From: a virus
Taxonomy: Duplodnaviria > Heunggongvirae > Uroviricota > Caudoviricetes
IMG/VR virus record: IMGVR_UViG_3300035394_000193
Reading direction: 5' to 3' (one strand)
DNA: 64,000 nt
Under the pieces are notes generated by a model. It had not been told where the DNA came from, did no database searches, and saw only the letters and a program-made list of their open reading frames with translations. A program made the position numbers and the translations under genes. Below, piece by piece: positions 8,376 to 17,632 of this stretch (the stretch's first letter is position 1; each line of letters starts with the position of its first letter).

Positions 8376-8690
8376 CTAAATTAAATTTTCCAATGGATAA
8401 GCATTTCGGATTGACTCCATATCAATTTCATACATGAAATCATCTGTGTTATCATTACATTGCATAACATGTGTTACATCAATATCCTGCGGCAATCGAA
8501 AATTGTGTACAGGTGAGCCTATCATTCGAACTTTTTCAATTATTGCCTCAACAGCTGCTTCAACATGAAGTTTAGCAAATGCTATGGCGACTTGTCCAGT
8601 ATCAGGAGGAATATTCTCTCCATAAGGATCAAATTCTAAACTTCCTCGACACTGAGTAATAAATTCTGATATTGTAGGTACTGTTTCCAT
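8376..8690 (-). CDS. hypothetical protein
   Basis: ORF track gives 8376-8723 from an alternative TTG start that lies inside a terminator hairpin; the first ATG is at 8690 (METVPTISEF...), giving about 104 aa. Confidence 0.45.
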   Translation of the reverse strand: METVPTISEFITQCRGSLEFDPYGENIPPDTGQVAIAFAKLHVEAAVEAIIEKVRMIGSPVHNFRLPQDIDVTHVMQCNDNTDDFMYEIDMESIRNAYPLENLI

Positions 8691-8711
8691 TGTTTCTAAG
8701 ATTAAATTAAA

Positions 8712-8748
8712 AACCTCCGCCAACTATTATTGTCAAGCGGCGGAGGTT
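8712..8748 (-). terminator. rho-independent terminator / attenuator hairpin
   Basis: AACCTCCGCC-N17-GGCGGAGGTT, a 10-bp GC-rich stem followed on the minus strand by TTTTTAATTT; it lies between the 703-aa gene and the ATG at 8690. Confidence 0.55.
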
Positions 8749-8756
8749 TAATTGAA

Positions 8757-8886
8757 GGGGGTTTAACACCCCGCGGTTTGGCGAAGGGATCGCCTTCTGG
8801 TACAAAGTAATAAGGAATTGATTCAGTGGCTTTTTCAGCGACACCCCTTCTATTTTATGTACATAGAAGTAACTCAATCATAGCCT
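8757..8886 (-). promoter_or_regulatory. motif copy plus two further GC hairpins forming a structured leader upstream of gene 8376-8690
   Basis: Motif copy at 8865-8886 (AGGCTATGATTGAGTTACTTCT on the minus strand), then hairpins GGCGAAGGGATCGCC (8780-8794) and GGGGGTTTAACACCCC (8757-8772), and then the terminator hairpin. Confidence 0.35.
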
Positions 8887-8911
8887 TGTTATTATCACTT
8901 TGCCCAATCTT

Positions 8912-11023
8912 TTATATACCCATATATTCCATGGTCTTTACATACGAAGATGCAAAGTCATCGAATAGGAAGTGAGTTTCTGCAGTTTCTTTCGATACAA
9001 CACGACCACGTGCCTCGACATGCCATTGTAGCAAGTCATATACACTGACCTTTGGTAAAGATATGTACGGTTTCAACGCATCGAAAAATTCCGACGATTG
9101 ACCGTAAACAAAACTTGAAAATCCATCATAATCCAGGTCCAAATAAATTGATTCGCGAGCAACTAAATCGTATGCTGCAACCAATACCATATTTCCAGCA
9201 CTTTTTAGGAGCATAGAGTTTTGAATGGTATCTGGTTTCCAGGTTTTGTTCGATTCAGGAAATTGTCGTTCCATTACACCAGCAACACATTCTTTCAAAT
9301 CAGAAAGTTTTCCTCCTTGAAAGTTATGTATTACCATAATGAAATAATTGTACCCGCGTCTTACAGCTTCGTCAACCACAATATCAACATATTCTGCACA
9401 AGCGCCTTGACGATGACGAACATCACCAGAGTAACATCCAAGTCCAGGTACATTTTGATTTCCATTGTATCCAAATGACATACTGCCTTTTGGACCAATT
9501 AAAAATCCGTGTAAATCCAAATCTTGGTCACCATGTTGATCATACCAATGAATAAAAGGTCTAATAACCTTTTTACCTTCACCAAATGGTGTTCTTTGTC
9601 CACGTATTACGGGAACTAAACTATCATTCAAGCTACGCATGTTTGTTGGTAATGGAATCTTTTTCAATTCTTCATCAATCCAACAATCGCCGAGTGCAGG
9701 CAAATCAGCAAACTTACCTTTAATGATATCAAAGATAGTAGACTGTATAGCATCAATCTTTTCAGCTGCAATTGCAGGTAGTGAGGGAAGATTAGTATGT
9801 TTCCTTGCACCTTTAATCATAACCTTGCGATTATTTGAAGGTAGTCTTCTATCTTCAAAATGACTAAATACCTCAAACAATACTTTATTTGAAGCTTTGG
9901 CTCCAATTTTAGCAAGAAGATTGAGAATCAATTGCAAACTACTTTTATTCGCAGTACGAACAAGAAAGTCTAACCTACGTAGAAATTCACCAGGACGTTC
10001 AGCAAGCTTTGTAATCCCAGTGTTAGCGGAAATACTAAAAGCTTTAGTTACTTCGCCGTACCATGATACAACTTTCTCATTTCTAATTTGGTCAAATGCT
10101 TTATAAGCACGAGGAAACAATGCTTTATATTCACCAGGATGTAAGATTTCTCCAATCCTAACCCAACGTTGGTCTTTTAATTTCATTTCACGAACATCCA
10201 AACTAGATTTCTCCAAGAGTTCTAAAATGAATTTACGTTCAGCTCGTTTGAATTTCTTGAACTTGAATTTCTCTCTTTCAGGATTTGCTACAGTAACATA
10301 ACTTCTACGATAGCCACTTTGTTGTCTTACTGTTTTACGAGGTACGGCAGGAAGAGATACATCTCCGCCTGATAGATATACGATGATTCTCAATACATCG
10401 GTCGATGTAAGAGATGGCAATTGAACTGTACCAAGACCACGGCCGGTAGTAATCAATTTGCCAATCATTGTACATAAGTTTTCTTTAAAAGGGATACTTT
10501 CGGGGAAAGTTAGGAATGGATATTCTGCAACAAACCACTCAAGAACTTTTAAATCAGCAGGAGTCAATGATGTACCTGCTTTTGCAAGACTTGTAAAGAT
10601 ATTAGCAAAATCCTGTTCAGTGCCAAGGGTAATAGGTCGGTATTTTACTTGCTCGAATGCTGTACTTTTCGTACGAGTCCATTCGTTAGCAGTGAAAGAT
10701 CCTCCAGACCAATAACCAAGAAGTTGATTAAACCATAATTGTTGTTCCGACATTTCAATTACTTGTGTCGGAAATCCTTTGTATATGGGTTGATAGTCAC
10801 GTTGACCACCGGTCATTTCTTTTAAGTAGTCGAGAACTTCATTATAGAAGTCTTTAATGTTTGCGGCATCAGTATATCCCAATGCTTCTAAAGCATCTGA
10901 ATCTAACATATAGCCAAACCTCATTAGTTCAGCTTGGCACATCATAGCCAAATTGCGGTTATCAATTCCGTTATTCGGAACAACCACAAGACCTTTTTGG
11001 AAAGCGATTACATTTTTATTCAT
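8912..11023 (-). CDS. large hypothetical protein (703 aa), first gene of the Ter-type operon
   Basis: Long uninterrupted ORF with no Walker A motif and no domain I can name from sequence; followed by the motif and hairpin leader. Confidence 0.6.
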   Translation of the reverse strand: MNKNVIAFQKGLVVVPNNGIDNRNLAMMCQAELMRFGYMLDSDALEALGYTDAANIKDFYNEVLDYLKEMTGGQRDYQPIYKGFPTQVIEMSEQQLWFNQLLGYWSGGSFTANEWTRTKSTAFEQVKYRPITLGTEQDFANIFTSLAKAGTSLTPADLKVLEWFVAEYPFLTFPESIPFKENLCTMIGKLITTGRGLGTVQLPSLTSTDVLRIIVYLSGGDVSLPAVPRKTVRQQSGYRRSYVTVANPEREKFKFKKFKRAERKFILELLEKSSLDVREMKLKDQRWVRIGEILHPGEYKALFPRAYKAFDQIRNEKVVSWYGEVTKAFSISANTGITKLAERPGEFLRRLDFLVRTANKSSLQLILNLLAKIGAKASNKVLFEVFSHFEDRRLPSNNRKVMIKGARKHTNLPSLPAIAAEKIDAIQSTIFDIIKGKFADLPALGDCWIDEELKKIPLPTNMRSLNDSLVPVIRGQRTPFGEGKKVIRPFIHWYDQHGDQDLDLHGFLIGPKGSMSFGYNGNQNVPGLGCYSGDVRHRQGACAEYVDIVVDEAVRRGYNYFIMVIHNFQGGKLSDLKECVAGVMERQFPESNKTWKPDTIQNSMLLKSAGNMVLVAAYDLVARESIYLDLDYDGFSSFVYGQSSEFFDALKPYISLPKVSVYDLLQWHVEARGRVVSKETAETHFLFDDFASSYVKTMEYMGI

Positions 11024-11052
11024 GTTTTAATTTATTTAGGGTTTAAAAGTTT

Positions 11053-11409
11053 TTATTGTATTAGAGTTTTAGACTTATAAGGAGTTACTTTAGCTAGATA
11101 AATTTTTTGTTTAGTGTAAAAATCTTTTTGTTTTTGCATTTCAATTGTATGGAATGCACGAATAGCTTCTATTGTAGGAAATTGTTTTTTAATACTTTCC
11201 TCGTCAATTATTTTGACAAGCTTTGGTGTGAATTGTTCTAATCCTGAAGTATAACCATTTTCATACCACCAAAATATGTTATACCAAATAGGAATAAACC
11301 AATAGTAAGCATATTCAATGATGTAAGATTCCTCACAATAATGGGTTAATCGTAATTTAAATTTCTTTTTCATTAGGGATGAGTTTAGATAAAGAAAAAT
11401 GAAAGCCAA
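11053..11409 (-). CDS. hypothetical protein
   Basis: 118 aa ORF, aromatic-rich. Confidence 0.45.
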   Translation of the reverse strand: MAFIFLYLNSSLMKKKFKLRLTHYCEESYIIEYAYYWFIPIWYNIFWWYENGYTSGLEQFTPKLVKIIDEESIKKQFPTIEAIRAFHTIEMQKQKDFYTKQKIYLAKVTPYKSKTLIQ

Positions 11410-11446
11410 ACCATAAGCCTGGCTTTCATGTATTTTGTTATATTGT

Positions 11447-11836
11447 TTACATTGGTTTGTTCCACCAAGAAAGCCATTTAGGCACTCCTTTTGGAAATAC
11501 TTCAGTCATGGTAAGACCTTCTTCACCAGCATATATTAATGTAACAATTATTGCACCAATTGCTGCAATTATATTTAGTATCGGAGTAAGTGATACTAAC
11601 ATTAGCAATGCAAAGGACCATACTTTTAAGCCTATTGGCTTATAGGTATAAGTAGGGTGACGTGTTACTTCAATAAAGCATGGCACAGTAGCCATCCACT
11701 TTAAGAAGAAGAATGTAATAATGGCGATGATTATCCAGAAAATCATGTTATTGTTTTTTAAAAAATTCGTAATTAAAGAAATTGTCGATCTTTGTTCCTT
11801 TACAGCTAGGAAAAACACTGCCAGGTCCATCAGCAA
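11447..11836 (-). CDS. small membrane protein
   Basis: 129 aa, 2-3 predicted TM helices. An internal Met at about 11746 would give ATGA coupling with the upstream gene's stop, so the true start may be there. Confidence 0.45.
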   Translation of the reverse strand: MLMDLAVFFLAVKEQRSTISLITNFLKNNNMIFWIIIAIITFFFLKWMATVPCFIEVTRHPTYTYKPIGLKVWSFALLMLVSLTPILNIIAAIGAIIVTLIYAGEEGLTMTEVFPKGVPKWLSWWNKPM

Positions 11837-12035
11837 TAATACTTACAACAACCCAAATAAATGTAATTATTACTGCAACAGCATTTACTCCAGGAATAAA
11901 AGCTAAAAGAATTACAACAATTATATTTCTTACCTTCAATCCTAATGGGTCTCCTGAATCAGCACAAGGAAAGTAAAGAAACCACAGTCCCCACAACAAT
12001 GTTGCAAGGACTGTGAGTATGTATATACCTAACAT
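11748..12035 (-). CDS. small membrane protein
   Basis: 95 aa, three hydrophobic helices (LTVLATLLWGLWFLYF..., IIVVILLAFIPGV..., VIITFIWVVVSII). Confidence 0.45.
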   Translation of the reverse strand: MLGIYILTVLATLLWGLWFLYFPCADSGDPLGLKVRNIIVVILLAFIPGVNAVAVIITFIWVVVSIIADGPGSVFPSCKGTKIDNFFNYEFFKKQ

Positions 12036-12150
12036 TAGGTTTTAGGTTTTTTGTGATTGCGAAGCCATTCGTTCGTCATCCAATAAATCCATACCACAGC
12101 GGCTACGATTACAAGCGCACCTAGGCCTTCATAAAATGCTCCCATCTTGC

Positions 12151-12930
12151 TTACCTGTTTAAAAGTATGCCGGAAGTTGCTCCGAACACATTGTTAGTAC
12201 CGTATTTTGATACTCCTTTCTGCGCCCAAGTCATTTCAATTTCCAGTTCCTTAAGTTTCAACATAGCCGGTTGTGATAGCACATCCTTAGTCTTCGCATC
12301 CCATTCGGCAGCTTTATAATTATTCTCGGCTTCCTGACCTTTTGACAACGCCAACTTATTCAATTCAGCTTGTTTAGCTGTTGCTTCAGCAGCATCGGCA
12401 ATTCCTTGTGGAATATCAACATCGGTTATCCTAACACGGCTACAAGAAACAAAGAAAGCAGGAAACTCCTTGACTAATATTGCAAGAATTTGTGTTTCAG
12501 CTGAATCCCTTTTGCTTAGGTTTAATTCAGAGGCACTATATTGAGGTATCACTTGTTTAGCTGCAGAGGACAAAGTAGTCATAATCTTAGCATCAAGTTG
12601 TTCTTTACCGATTGAACTATGAATTACATTTGCTTTTAAGCCATCAAGTTTATAGTCAATAGAAACGGCAACCGGAGTCTTCATATTATTGCGATCATTG
12701 AACTCGAACTTTTCAGTAATAGTCTTTTCACGAACGTCGTACTCGACTAGATCGTCCCACAACCAATGGATTCCCATATTCAATCCTTCCGGATGAACGA
12801 CTTGCATGTTTGTTTCACCACCCCACGAGATCTCTACCCCTTTGTGGCCTGATTGTACACTTTCACATCCTGTCAGGAGCATAACTGCTACAACCGACAA
12901 TAAAAATAAGAAATTTCGCATTTTTTTCAT
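12151..12930 (-). CDS. lipoprotein, possibly SPFH/band-7-like
   Basis: 259 aa; signal peptide plus lipobox MKKMRNFLFLLSVVAVMLLTGC. The middle region (VVHPEGLNMGIHWLWDDLVEYDVREKTITEKFEFNDRNNMKTPVAVSIDYKLDG) loosely resembles the SPFH fold; the alanine-rich C-terminus looks coiled-coil. Confidence 0.55.
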   Translation of the reverse strand: MKKMRNFLFLLSVVAVMLLTGCESVQSGHKGVEISWGGETNMQVVHPEGLNMGIHWLWDDLVEYDVREKTITEKFEFNDRNNMKTPVAVSIDYKLDGLKANVIHSSIGKEQLDAKIMTTLSSAAKQVIPQYSASELNLSKRDSAETQILAILVKEFPAFFVSCSRVRITDVDIPQGIADAAEATAKQAELNKLALSKGQEAENNYKAAEWDAKTKDVLSQPAMLKLKELEIEMTWAQKGVSKYGTNNVFGATSGILLNR

Positions 12931-12982
12931 TGTTTTTTGTTTTTAGTAATTGATGATTGTTGTTTTAATTGGTATTGATTTG

Positions 12983-13207
12983 TTATTTAGAAAAGTTTTT
13001 GAGAATGTATTGCATGGTATAAAATCCGCCTATTATGGTTACCAAAAGGAAAACTGCGCCGCCATAAAATTCAATACCCATCCAATATACACTTATATGT
13101 ACACAGATTGTAACTGTCATAAATAACAAGAGGATTCGAAACAAAAGGATCAAGTATCTCTTCATTGTTTTAATGATTAAAAAATTTTTGAAGTAATTGA
13201 AGTACAA
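12983..13207 (-). CDS. small membrane protein
   Basis: 74 aa, two TM helices. Confidence 0.4.
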   Translation of the reverse strand: MYFNYFKNFLIIKTMKRYLILLFRILLLFMTVTICVHISVYWMGIEFYGGAVFLLVTIIGGFYTMQYILKNFSK

Positions 13208-13376
13208 ATGGAGTCAATGCAATTGACAACATTAAAGACCAGGCACACACAATTAAGGTAGCTTGTACACCAGTATAATTATATATGGCATCTGGAATTG
13301 TTTTCCACATGCCCCATATAATCAAACAGATAGACATTAACCTCATGGTAATTTTGATATCGTCCATGATTAACAC
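13170..13376 (-). CDS. small membrane protein
   Basis: 68 aa, two TM helices; overlaps its neighbours by a few codons. Confidence 0.4.
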   Translation of the reverse strand: MLIMDDIKITMRLMSICLIIWGMWKTIPDAIYNYTGVQATLIVCAWSLMLSIALTPFVLQLLQKFFNH

Positions 13377-13747
13377 TCTACAAATTCAGGACGAAGAACT
13401 CGATATCCTTTGTTTTTAAGAAACATAATCATGCTCTCTTCTTCTGAAACAATAGGTTTCATTTTAGCAGCAACATTCAAAACTTGCTTTGCATTTGATA
13501 TTTTATGCATTGCGTCTTGAATTTGCCTGAAATAAATTGGCTCAGTTGATGGAAAAGTGTACGTTTTGCCATTTTTTTCCAACAGCTTCAAATTTAATAG
13601 AAGCTGTGGAACTCGAGCAGGATAGGGACAATCCGCATTATGAAGATCGGAAATTAACTCCTTAATGTGAAAAGAGCTTTTGTTTTGACGAACCATGTTG
13701 ATTGCCAAGACAGCTCTTTTGGCTCGTTGTTCTGGTGTTATTCGCAT
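13370..13747 (-). CDS. hypothetical protein
   Basis: 125 aa ORF. Confidence 0.5.
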   Translation of the reverse strand: MRITPEQRAKRAVLAINMVRQNKSSFHIKELISDLHNADCPYPARVPQLLLNLKLLEKNGKTYTFPSTEPIYFRQIQDAMHKISNAKQVLNVAAKMKPIVSEEESMIMFLKNKGYRVLRPEFVEC

Positions 13748-13841
13748 TTTTATTTTGTTTTAGGATTTATTGATTGATTGAATTGTAAACAATTAAAGAT
13801 CCCCGCACTGTATCACTACAGATTGGGGACCTAAAAACAAA

Positions 13842-14177
13842 TTAATGTCGAGAGAAAATGATGTCAAATAATGTCAGATTCAACTCAACAATGGCTTCTT
13901 CAAGAATAATTATCCTTGAATTGTGATCACATGGATGGAACCAAAATACAAATTTTAATTTTAATTTTGGTTTTCTATTCATTAGTTCGGGAAAATCTTC
14001 TATATCGAATCTTGAATCAATTCCTTCAAGAAGGAGACAAAAATTTACCCATTTGTAACGAGGTTGAAACCAGTTTTCGTCAGTCAGAGGTTCATGTAAA
14101 GGAGGTATTGATTGGATTATCTCTAACAGTTCATGATAGATTCTCCACCGTTTAAATTTCGAGTATGGACTTTTCAT
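13842..14177 (-). CDS. hypothetical protein
   Basis: 111 aa ORF. Confidence 0.45.
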   Translation of the reverse strand: MKSPYSKFKRWRIYHELLEIIQSIPPLHEPLTDENWFQPRYKWVNFCLLLEGIDSRFDIEDFPELMNRKPKLKLKFVFWFHPCDHNSRIIILEEAIVELNLTLFDIIFSRH

Positions 14178-14179
14178 CG

Positions 14180-14515
14180 CTATTCAGAATAAGGGTATGA
14201 TGCAATACCGGAAATAGGAATTTCAACCCAATAAGTTTCAGCTCCATTAAGTGTACCTAATTGATCTGAAAATTGATCATCAAATAACCTTTGAGCACCA
14301 TATACATCTCGTGCCAAAACATAGAATTTCTGCGAAATAAAACGAGAAGTGTCTTGATAAGTAGGTTCTTTTAATAACACAACTGTACATTCAAATAGAC
14401 CTGATTGAGCAAGATACTGATTAACAATCTCTGATTTTTGATCATCAGTTGGGGCAATACATGAAACCATAGAAAAGGTTACTATGGTGAGGATGAGAAT
14501 TAGTAGTTTTTTCAT
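14180..14515 (-). CDS. putative lipoprotein
   Basis: 111 aa; N-terminus MKKLLILILTIVTFSMVSC (signal peptide plus lipobox Cys). Confidence 0.5.
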   Translation of the reverse strand: MKKLLILILTIVTFSMVSCIAPTDDQKSEIVNQYLAQSGLFECTVVLLKEPTYQDTSRFISQKFYVLARDVYGAQRLFDDQFSDQLGTLNGAETYWVEIPISGIASYPYSE

Positions 14516-14544
14516 TTGTTTTTGTTTTTAGGATTTGATTGTAA

Positions 14545-15030
14545 TTATTTTTGTTTCTTAAACTTTGCACTCCAAGTTCCAGATTCGGATATTTCAAATC
14601 CATCACTGGCATTTCTTTTGTAATACACAATACCTGACTCAACAAGAGAATCATCACTGTAATAATGTCCATGTCCACAGAAAACTAATTCCTGTTTAAT
14701 ATGAACACCATTACACCATGTTTCTGATGGAATAGTTATGTTGTCAATGTTATATTCTCCATTTAGCATAAATGTGTAACCATCTACAAAGGGGGAATCA
14801 GCCCAGATTACATGAAGGTAATCAACCTCATGTACAGAAAATTTACGAACGGCATCAGGACTTCCATAGATACCACTAATATGATATTCAATAGTTCCTT
14901 GCCATCTACCTATTAACTTTTGGTTCTCATTCTGTTCTTTTTGACAGCTTGTTCCCAAGATTAAGAACATTGCTAACATAAGACTAATAATTACCCAAAA
15001 TAAAACTTTGTTTTCAGATTTGTATTTCAT
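14545..15030 (-). CDS. putative lipoprotein
   Basis: 161 aa; N-terminus with a hydrophobic segment then LGTSC lipobox-like. Confidence 0.5.
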   Translation of the reverse strand: MKYKSENKVLFWVIISLMLAMFLILGTSCQKEQNENQKLIGRWQGTIEYHISGIYGSPDAVRKFSVHEVDYLHVIWADSPFVDGYTFMLNGEYNIDNITIPSETWCNGVHIKQELVFCGHGHYYSDDSLVESGIVYYKRNASDGFEISESGTWSAKFKKQK

Positions 15031-15254
15031 TTTGTTTTTGTTTTGAATTTACGTTCTAAAATTATGGATCTTTCACGGGTTATTACTTCAACAAATTCTT
15101 TACTCCAATCAATAGGATGATAACTACCATCTAAGGAAAAGTAAATACTACTTGCACCTGCTATTAAGTCGCAGTATTCATCAAAGTTTCGCTGGTCTGT
15201 AAATGTTGTTATTGTTTGCATACTACAGGTATTTAGCTGGTAATAATCCTGCAA
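15027..15254 (-). CDS. hypothetical protein
   Basis: 75 aa ORF, ATGA overlap with the upstream gene. Confidence 0.4.
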   Translation of the reverse strand: MQDYYQLNTCSMQTITTFTDQRNFDEYCDLIAGASSIYFSLDGSYHPIDWSKEFVEVITRERSIILERKFKTKTK

Positions 15255-15483
15255 CTGCCAAAGAAAGGAAAAGAGTTAAATCAATCTCGAAAAGATTTAC
15301 ACCCCATGTCATATCAAAGTCTTCAATTGAATACTCTCGCACACGTTCGACTCCATCAATACACATTAATTGTACCATGATAGATATCTCTCCTGTGGTT
15401 GTATCTTGTACAAATTCAAAATTTGACATCCATCCAATATCGGATTTTTGTGTAGTGTAATACCGCTGTAATACCTTTTTCAT
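15223..15483 (-). CDS. hypothetical protein
   Basis: 86 aa ORF. Confidence 0.4.
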   Translation of the reverse strand: MKKVLQRYYTTQKSDIGWMSNFEFVQDTTTGEISIMVQLMCIDGVERVREYSIEDFDMTWGVNLFEIDLTLFLSLAVAGLLPAKYL

Positions 15484-16259
15484 TGTTTTCTTTTGTTTTA
15501 GATTTTAGCACCCGTTTCTTATTTCTCAAGAATTATATGATAATTCTCTACCATTATTATCTTTGCGCAAGAGGTTTTTCACCTACATGGTATTAGAGAT
15601 TATATGTTATAATAAGAAACTTAGGGTCGCAATGATTAATACCAATTTGGAACCAGATTCGACTTGGTAGGTACTAATATTAATCATCTTGCTTGAGACT
15701 CATTGTGTTGTAGAGACTACATATTACTATGCTGTGGTGTTACTCCTTTACAGGTAACAGATTATATCTCTATTTCTTTTCCAGCATTCCTTTCTCAAGG
15801 GAACAACACATCTACTATTACAATAGATTTTTATGAATTGTAAACAGTTTATTATGTCTTCACTGTTTTGCGATATCTATTACAATTCAAAGGACTTCGT
15901 TAACCTCATTGATAGATATGAATAACCTTTCTAAAGTGAATAATCGAGCAATTCAAATTCTCGATATCTTTAGGTTTGTCTCATCTCATTACCAACTACA
16001 TACAGTTTATGTATTATCCTATATGGTTTTATTTTAAATATTTTAACTTCCTCCTTTAGATATGTTATAACAGCTCTCCTTCTGTTATAACTTCTTGGAG
16101 CCAACTAACCCGTACTATGTAGCATACTAATGGTAATCGAAGTATGAGGAACGTTGCGTAGTTCCCTTGGTTCAATTTGAAGTTATGTTCCGTTTACCCA
16201 AGTCTTTACGGGTTTACCTACTAAACGGACAAATATAGGATTTTTTGCCTCACTAATCC

Positions 16260-16622
16260 TCACCCCTGAGAAATTCTTATTTGTTTTTCCATCATAACAA
16301 CACGTTTTCTTAATAAATTTGCTAACTGATGTGTTGACATACAACTATAGATTTCAGAATAGTTGTTTGTAACACAAGGTGCAATGGCTTCTCCAGAATT
16401 AATGTCCCACATGCAGTATTTGCAGTAGCGAATACACTTAGTTTTGCGTTGAAATATTTCTGCAGCAACACATAAAGTACACGATTGAGTAGATCCAAAT
16501 CCTGTCCTTTTTTTTAAAAAAGAAAGAGCACCAATAAATAGGTCATATTGTGATTCAAGTTCCTCTGCTATGATTTCATAGTCTTGCTTTAATTTTACAA
16601 AAGCTTCTAAATTATTTTCCAT
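16260..16622 (-). CDS. hypothetical Cys-rich protein (stop codon is TGA)
   Basis: ORF track 16260-16757; the likely start is the ATG at 16622 (MENNLEAF...) immediately after the stop of the upstream gene. The Cys cluster CTLC...CIRYCKYC...C suggests metal binding. Confidence 0.45.
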   Translation of the reverse strand: MENNLEAFVKLKQDYEIIAEELESQYDLFIGALSFLKKRTGFGSTQSCTLCVAAEIFQRKTKCIRYCKYCMWDINSGEAIAPCVTNNYSEIYSCMSTHQLANLLRKRVVMMEKQIRISQG

Positions 16623-17034
16623 GACATTTTTTAAATTTAAGATTTGAACCACAATGACATAATTCGTTACGTCCAACTTTCGGAGCATCAAGTTCTGCTT
16701 GAGTTGCCACTCTTGCATACTTTGATTGCTTACTCGTTGGGTTAGGTAGATAATCACTTAAGATTGGAAGTTCACTTAATTCCTTTGATATTGATAGATA
16801 AGGATTAAGACTGTATGGTAATGTTACAGCAGGTGGATTTGGATTAAAACCTTCTGCATAAGCAAAAGATTTACCATCTTCTCCAACTTCACGCACAATA
16901 ATTTCAATGTCATGAGCTTTTGCAAGTGCCACAACATTAGCCATTATTTCTTCAGATGGTTTACCAACAACGATAATACGTTTATCTTTAGTTGTTGTTG
17001 GCAATTGTTCTTCAGTCGCTGTATATTTATCCAT
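16612..17034 (-). CDS. SEC-C motif domain protein
   Basis: 140 aa; C-terminus ELCHCGSNLKFKKCHGK matches the SEC-C metal-binding motif (CxCxSxxKxKxCH). Confidence 0.55.
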   Translation of the reverse strand: MDKYTATEEQLPTTTKDKRIIVVGKPSEEIMANVVALAKAHDIEIIVREVGEDGKSFAYAEGFNPNPPAVTLPYSLNPYLSISKELSELPILSDYLPNPTSKQSKYARVATQAELDAPKVGRNELCHCGSNLKFKKCHGK

Positions 17035-17404
17035 ACAACTCCTTTCTTACTTGAGCAATTACTGCATTAATGATTATTTGACGTCGATTATTTCCCTCTT
17101 CATTGAGAGCATACCAAAATACACCACCTGGAGTACCATAACTGGTAACAAACCGTGCAGGACGATATGCTTTAAGCTCTGGAAAATCAATCAAATCCCA
17201 TTGATCTAACTGCCTTTGTATCCCAACTGCTTCCATTGCAGCGAATTTAACTTGGGCATTAGCCAATAAACGACAAAATCCAATGTATCCATTCTGATCT
17301 ACAGCCATACTATCTAATTGTTTTTTAATCATTTTGTAGATAATCAATCTATCTGTTAATGAATAAGGAACAAAAGTAGTTGTTTCATACAAATGTTTAA
17401 TCAT
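17027..17404 (-). CDS. hypothetical protein
   Basis: 125 aa ORF. Confidence 0.5.
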   Translation of the reverse strand: MIKHLYETTTFVPYSLTDRLIIYKMIKKQLDSMAVDQNGYIGFCRLLANAQVKFAAMEAVGIQRQLDQWDLIDFPELKAYRPARFVTSYGTPGGVFWYALNEEGNNRRQIIINAVIAQVRKELYG

Positions 17405-17564
17405 ACATAGAGGTTGGTTTATTCAACAATCTGTGAACTTCAGCGTATTTCTTTTCTTTTTGCTTAACCTTAAACTGCTTATAATAAGCAATTATAAAAG
17501 GTAAACAAGCAAGGAATAAAAGAACTATTGCTAGTATTATTCCAACAATTGAGCAATCTTTCAT
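17397..17564 (-). CDS. small membrane protein (55 aa)
   Basis: ATG at 17564; translates MKDCSIVGIILAIVLLFLACLPFIIAYYKQFKVKQKEKKYAEVHRLLNKPTSMYD; its stop overlaps the start of gene 17027-17404; below the ORF-track size cut-off. Confidence 0.35.
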   Translation of the reverse strand: MKDCSIVGIILAIVLLFLACLPFIIAYYKQFKVKQKEKKYAEVHRLLNKPTSMYD

Positions 17565-17587
17565 ATAACTAGGTTTAATTGGTTACA

Positions 17588-17632
17588 AAGTAAAAAAGCA
17601 CAAGAGAAAAAAGACTTCGAATCTCTTGTGCT
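17588..17632 (-). terminator. rho-independent terminator
   Basis: AGCACAAGAGA-N14-TCTCTTGTGCT, an 11-bp perfect stem, followed on the minus strand by TTTTTACTTTG. Confidence 0.6.

Noticed and set aside
8690-8723. ORF-track start (TTG at 8723) for gene 8376-8723
   Set aside because: The TTG lies inside the 10-bp-stem terminator hairpin; the ATG at 8690 just downstream of the terminator is the more plausible start
15484-16260. Hidden gene revealed by TGA read-through from the upstream gene (which ends with TGA at 16260-16262)
   Set aside because: Continuing that frame past the TGA reaches a TAA after only 25 codons, so recoding does not explain the ORF-free segment
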